A program made the translations under genes and the position numbers. DNA of 64,000 bases, taken from an uncultured Pseudobdellovibrionaceae bacterium (GTDB taxonomy: Bacteria; Bdellovibrionota; Bdellovibrionia; Bdellovibrionales; UBA1609). The first letter of the stretch is position 1. Every line of letters starts with the position of its first letter. The stretch is from the NCBI GenBank assembly GCA_963803705.1, contig CAWDNU010000001.1, forward strand, positions 512,001 to 576,000. The letters run 5' to 3'. Positions 60,550 to 64,000 of this stretch are shown one piece after another. Under the pieces are notes generated by a model. That model worked only from the letters and a program-made list of their open reading frames with translations. It searched no databases and had not been told where the DNA came from.

Positions 60550-61290
60550 ATCAATCTGCATTTTCCATCTCTAGCTAGTCCGGAAGTGGTCTGGAAAGAT
60601 GATAAAATTGACTCAGACACAATCGAACTTTTTAAGTCAAGTATGTGTTATCTAAAGTCTAATCATTCTTGCGGCACAAATCTTAAAATGCCTGAACAAT
60701 TTAGAGGCTTTGAAAAGACAAAAAAAATATGTAACCGTTGGATGAGAAGCACTCACGGACGTAAGGACTATGAGTGGGGATATTGGGGTATAAAAAAAAA
60801 GCTTTTCATAGAGCTAGATATCAAAACAAACAATGATTTTTTTTCTGAAATCAAGATTAATACTTTCAGTAAAACTATAGTAAGGCTTATTCATCTCATT
60901 GAACTCAAAGATCAAAAATTTGCAAATGCTTGGGAATTCAATGAGAGTAATGTACTAGTTAGAAGTAAATTCGATGCTGAAACTGCACCTCCCCTTATCG
61001 ACTACGGATTGCCTGATGGTATTAATAGTATCCTCAAACTCTCAACAGAGATTGGCTCAAATTTTGACCATGTACGAATTGACTACTTTTATGATGGTTA
61101 TAAATACTGGTTTGGGGAATTAACCTTTTATAACACAAGGGGGTATTTCCCCAACGCCTTTGGAAATGATAAGGAATCGATATTTTCAAAATCTTGGGAC
61201 CTACTCGATAGTCAATTTTTTAGCAGGAAAGATTTAAACGTATTTCAAAAAATTTATCGCAAAAGCTTAAAAAGACATATTCAGTCTTAG
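60325..61290 (+). pseudogene. TupA-like ATP-grasp (surface polysaccharide modification) gene remnant
   Basis: NEK..WRK..D....L.DK, then in-frame TGA at 60547-60549, then LKSNHSCG, EWGY..IK, FDHVRIDY and FGELTFY. Confidence 0.7.
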
Positions 61291-61317
61291 TGGCAAAATT
61301 TCTAAGACCTGAAGACC

Positions 61318-61397
<80 letters not shown>

Positions 61398-61585
61398 AGG
61401 TCAAGAATTCACAAAATATATAGTTTAATTTGTAAACCCGAAGATAGAAAACTATACTATTCTGAATCAACTAACAATAGTTTCGACTATGATTTTGCAA
61501 AAAAAGTTTCTGGATTGTTTAGATCTCGGTAAAAATTGTCTAAAAAAGTGACTTTGAAGGCAAAAGTGAATAGGACTATTTACCT

Positions 61586-62917
61586 ATGTCGATATCGAAA
61601 GCTCTAATAATCTGTGGTTTCTTTTTAGCCCCAAGCTTTTCATACGCTCAGAAGAATCCAACTTATTTTACTTGGTCTGGCGAGTATCGAACTCGTTACG
61701 AATTTTTGGCTCCACCAGCTGGTGAAGGCAACGACACTTTGAATATTTTCAGCCACAGGTTTATCTTAGAAACTAATTTCAAGCCAAAAGAGGACATTGA
61801 AATACAAGCATCCTTACTTCTTTCTGAAAACTTGGGTCAGGATTTCAGAGGATTTGCAGGTTACAAATCACCTGATACAACTAATGACGAGGTCTCAATC
61901 TACGAACTTTACGCCAGTTGGCTTTCCCAGTCTGGACTGAGTTTTAAAATTGGACGTTTTTTATTTGCAGCTAACAATGAAAGTTTTTTTTCCAAAAATT
62001 TCGATGATCCTATTCCCACTCGATTCGATGGCGGTCTGCTAAAGTACGATAAGGACTACTTTAATTTTGAAGGTGGTGCTTTTTTAGTTTCTCAATTTCA
62101 GGATGCTAATCTTAAAACTGAAACCTCGGCGTTGTTCTTAATAAGTGTGGATTTAAAAATTGATCAAGGTTTGTTAAAAAATGTAAACCTAAGCTTTGTA
62201 AGCTATGACACCAATGAAAAGACATTCCCTTCTTTGAACAATTTTGTATCTCCGGCACAAACTTTTACTATGTATTCGGCTTCACTTACAGGTGAACTGG
62301 GTCGGTTTTACTATTCAACTGATGCCGCAATTCAACAAGGTGATAACAGTACAACAGATCAGCTGATGGATACTTTTTTATTTGATGGTAAGTTCGGCTT
62401 TACTCTTAACCGAGCTTCGAAGTTTAAAGTTTATAGTCAGTTTCATAAAGACACCGGTGATAAGGGGGCCACAAGCGATATCGACGAAAGCTACAATCCT
62501 TTGTTTTATAATCATTTCCTAAATGCAGGTCGGATGAACCTACTGGCTTGGGGAAACTTAACCACTTTAGGCCTAGGGACTTCATTCAAGTGGAGCGACA
62601 GCACAATAGTATGTTTAGAGTACAACAAATTTTTAAGATCCACCGCAGACTCAGGAATAAACGGTCTTTCAGTGTCTGGAACTTCACCTCTTACCTTGGA
62701 TGGATCGGGCACAAACTCTGGCCCATTTGATAATAATTTGGCATCAGAAGATAAAAATATTGGGGACGAGCTAGACCTAATTGTAGATTTTAATTCCGAA
62801 ATAGGACTTAAATTTCAAAGTATAACTGGGGTATTTCAACCTGGCGGCTACCTAGAAGTTTACAACAAAACAAAATTAATTGTTTACCAGCGCTTTGGCT
62901 TAGAGTTCCTGTTTTAG
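61586..62917 (+). CDS. Alginate-export-family outer-membrane beta-barrel
   Basis: SGEYRTRYE, FDG, YNPLF..H...G.MN...W.NL and IGDELDL motifs; C-terminal F. Confidence 0.75.
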   Translation: MSISKALIICGFFLAPSFSYAQKNPTYFTWSGEYRTRYEFLAPPAGEGNDTLNIFSHRFILETNFKPKEDIEIQASLLLSENLGQDFRGFAGYKSPDTTNDEVSIYELYASWLSQSGLSFKIGRFLFAANNESFFSKNFDDPIPTRFDGGLLKYDKDYFNFEGGAFLVSQFQDANLKTETSALFLISVDLKIDQGLLKNVNLSFVSYDTNEKTFPSLNNFVSPAQTFTMYSASLTGELGRFYYSTDAAIQQGDNSTTDQLMDTFLFDGKFGFTLNRASKFKVYSQFHKDTGDKGATSDIDESYNPLFYNHFLNAGRMNLLAWGNLTTLGLGTSFKWSDSTIVCLEYNKFLRSTADSGINGLSVSGTSPLTLDGSGTNSGPFDNNLASEDKNIGDELDLIVDFNSEIGLKFQSITGVFQPGGYLEVYNKTKLIVYQRFGLEFLF

Positions 62918-62978
62918 ATCAAGCACTAAGTCGTGTTAAAGATATACAATTCCTGCAACTTTTGGGATATGATTAAAA

Positions 62979-63491
62979 ATGATGAAACTATTGATAGCTT
63001 TATATTTAATTTGTTCATTTGTCTCTTCCAACTTGTATGCTGGAGTGTGGACTAGAAAAAGAATGAAAATTGATGATGCTGTACACACACGGATCGATGA
63101 AGTGCTTGCGCTGACCGCAGAATTTCATAAAATCCGAGTAAGTAAGGATCGATCTAGCACTGTTAAACTAGCCACGGAAATTGCCTCTAAGCTTGGTGGA
63201 GTTGCAAATTTAACCCAAAAAAACAGCTCGGTTCAAAGTTTGCACATAACAAAAATTGTTCAGTCCGCTCAAAGCTCTATAGAAGTTTTTAAAGAAGATC
63301 CTCAGGCTAGAAACGCTAGCCTAGAGTTGAAGGATTTTTTTAAAGATATTGTTCAAATAACGAAGGTTTTTGAAGTCAAAAAATATAAAATTTTCTTCTG
63401 TCCCAGGGACAAAGCTCTTTGGCTTCAGACGCTACCTAAAGCTCAAAACCCGGTGAACCTTAGTTTCAGAAACTGCGGCAAACCCGTATAG
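62979..63491 (+). CDS. Secreted DUF3347-like protein
   Basis: Signal peptide; FFCP...A.WLQ.....QNP......CG C-terminus. Confidence 0.55.
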   Translation: MMKLLIALYLICSFVSSNLYAGVWTRKRMKIDDAVHTRIDEVLALTAEFHKIRVSKDRSSTVKLATEIASKLGGVANLTQKNSSVQSLHITKIVQSAQSSIEVFKEDPQARNASLELKDFFKDIVQITKVFEVKKYKIFFCPRDKALWLQTLPKAQNPVNLSFRNCGKPV

Positions 63492-63493
63492 CA

Positions 63494-64000
63494 GTGGACC
63501 AATTTTTAAGTAAAATCTTTCGCTACATCCCAGAATGGCTTTTCGTACTGATTATTTTAGGCGGCGGAGTCGTATTTCTATTTTATGATAATCCATTAAT
63601 CTCAGTTTGCGACGCTCAAATTTCTGATTTTGCAAATGGTCAACAAGGCAAGTTATTCCCGCGAACCGTAAAAGTTTTAAATCCACTGACTGGTGGCGCC
63701 TACTACGACAATATTTTAGCAAAATCGCGTGATCATTGCATCGACTCACCTAAGGGGACTGGGTGCTACAGTTACTTCAAGATTATGCGAGGTATCCTAT
63801 ACGATTTTAAAAAATTAGAAGGCTCATGTTTAAAAAAATTATCTCAGACACCACTAATGGCCAAAGTTTTCGAAGACTACTTGATCACTATTGGCTTGCT
63901 TGCATGGGGTGAATTTACCCCAACCACCGAGGTTCAGAAAACGGGATGGTTGACTGATGCAGAGCTTAAAACCTACTGTTCAGTAAAAGCCTATTACCAA
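63494..64000 (+). CDS. Hypothetical membrane-anchored Cys-containing protein, 3'-truncated by the window edge
   Basis: GTG 63494 opens a frame (MDQFLSKIFRYIPEW..TM..LAWG..GW) that has no stop before the window end. Absent from the ORF track. Confidence 0.7.
   Translation, partial: MDQFLSKIFRYIPEWLFVLIILGGGVVFLFYDNPLISVCDAQISDFANGQQGKLFPRTVKVLNPLTGGAYYDNILAKSRDHCIDSPKGTGCYSYFKIMRGILYDFKKLEGSCLKKLSQTPLMAKVFEDYLITIGLLAWGEFTPTTEVQKTGWLTDAELKTYCSVKAYYQ

Overview
AT-rich bacterial chromosomal window. The many secreted, Cys-rich hypothetical proteins and cell-wall enzymes suggest a Bdellovibrionota-like organism (inference only). From left to right: (1) a TtpB/TtpC-type TonB operon with a TonB-dependent receptor, followed by a ~245-nt rod-like palindrome; (2) a GNAT gene and an IS91-family (Y2 HUH) element whose partner tyrosine recombinase is triply inactivated; (3) housekeeping and metabolic genes (SDR, menB, SleB-like hydrolase, POT transporter, two divergent guanidino-modifying enzymes, rarA, MATE, L,D-transpeptidase, fghA, CLC-F, two MscS, CCC transporter), with two copies of a 125-bp MITE; (4) a compact seven-gene minus-strand operon (GabT-like aminotransferase, C-N hydrolase, VOC protein, large PLP decarboxylase, ATP-grasp enzyme with a histone-H1-like tail, C45 Ntn-hydrolase, aldehyde dehydrogenase), which is the best candidate for an undescribed pathway; (5) an accessory, partly decayed region of secreted proteins ending at tRNA-Pro(TGG). 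Several genes appear to start at ATT/ATC/ATA codons that the ORF track missed. All family calls come from motif recognition by eye; no searches were run.
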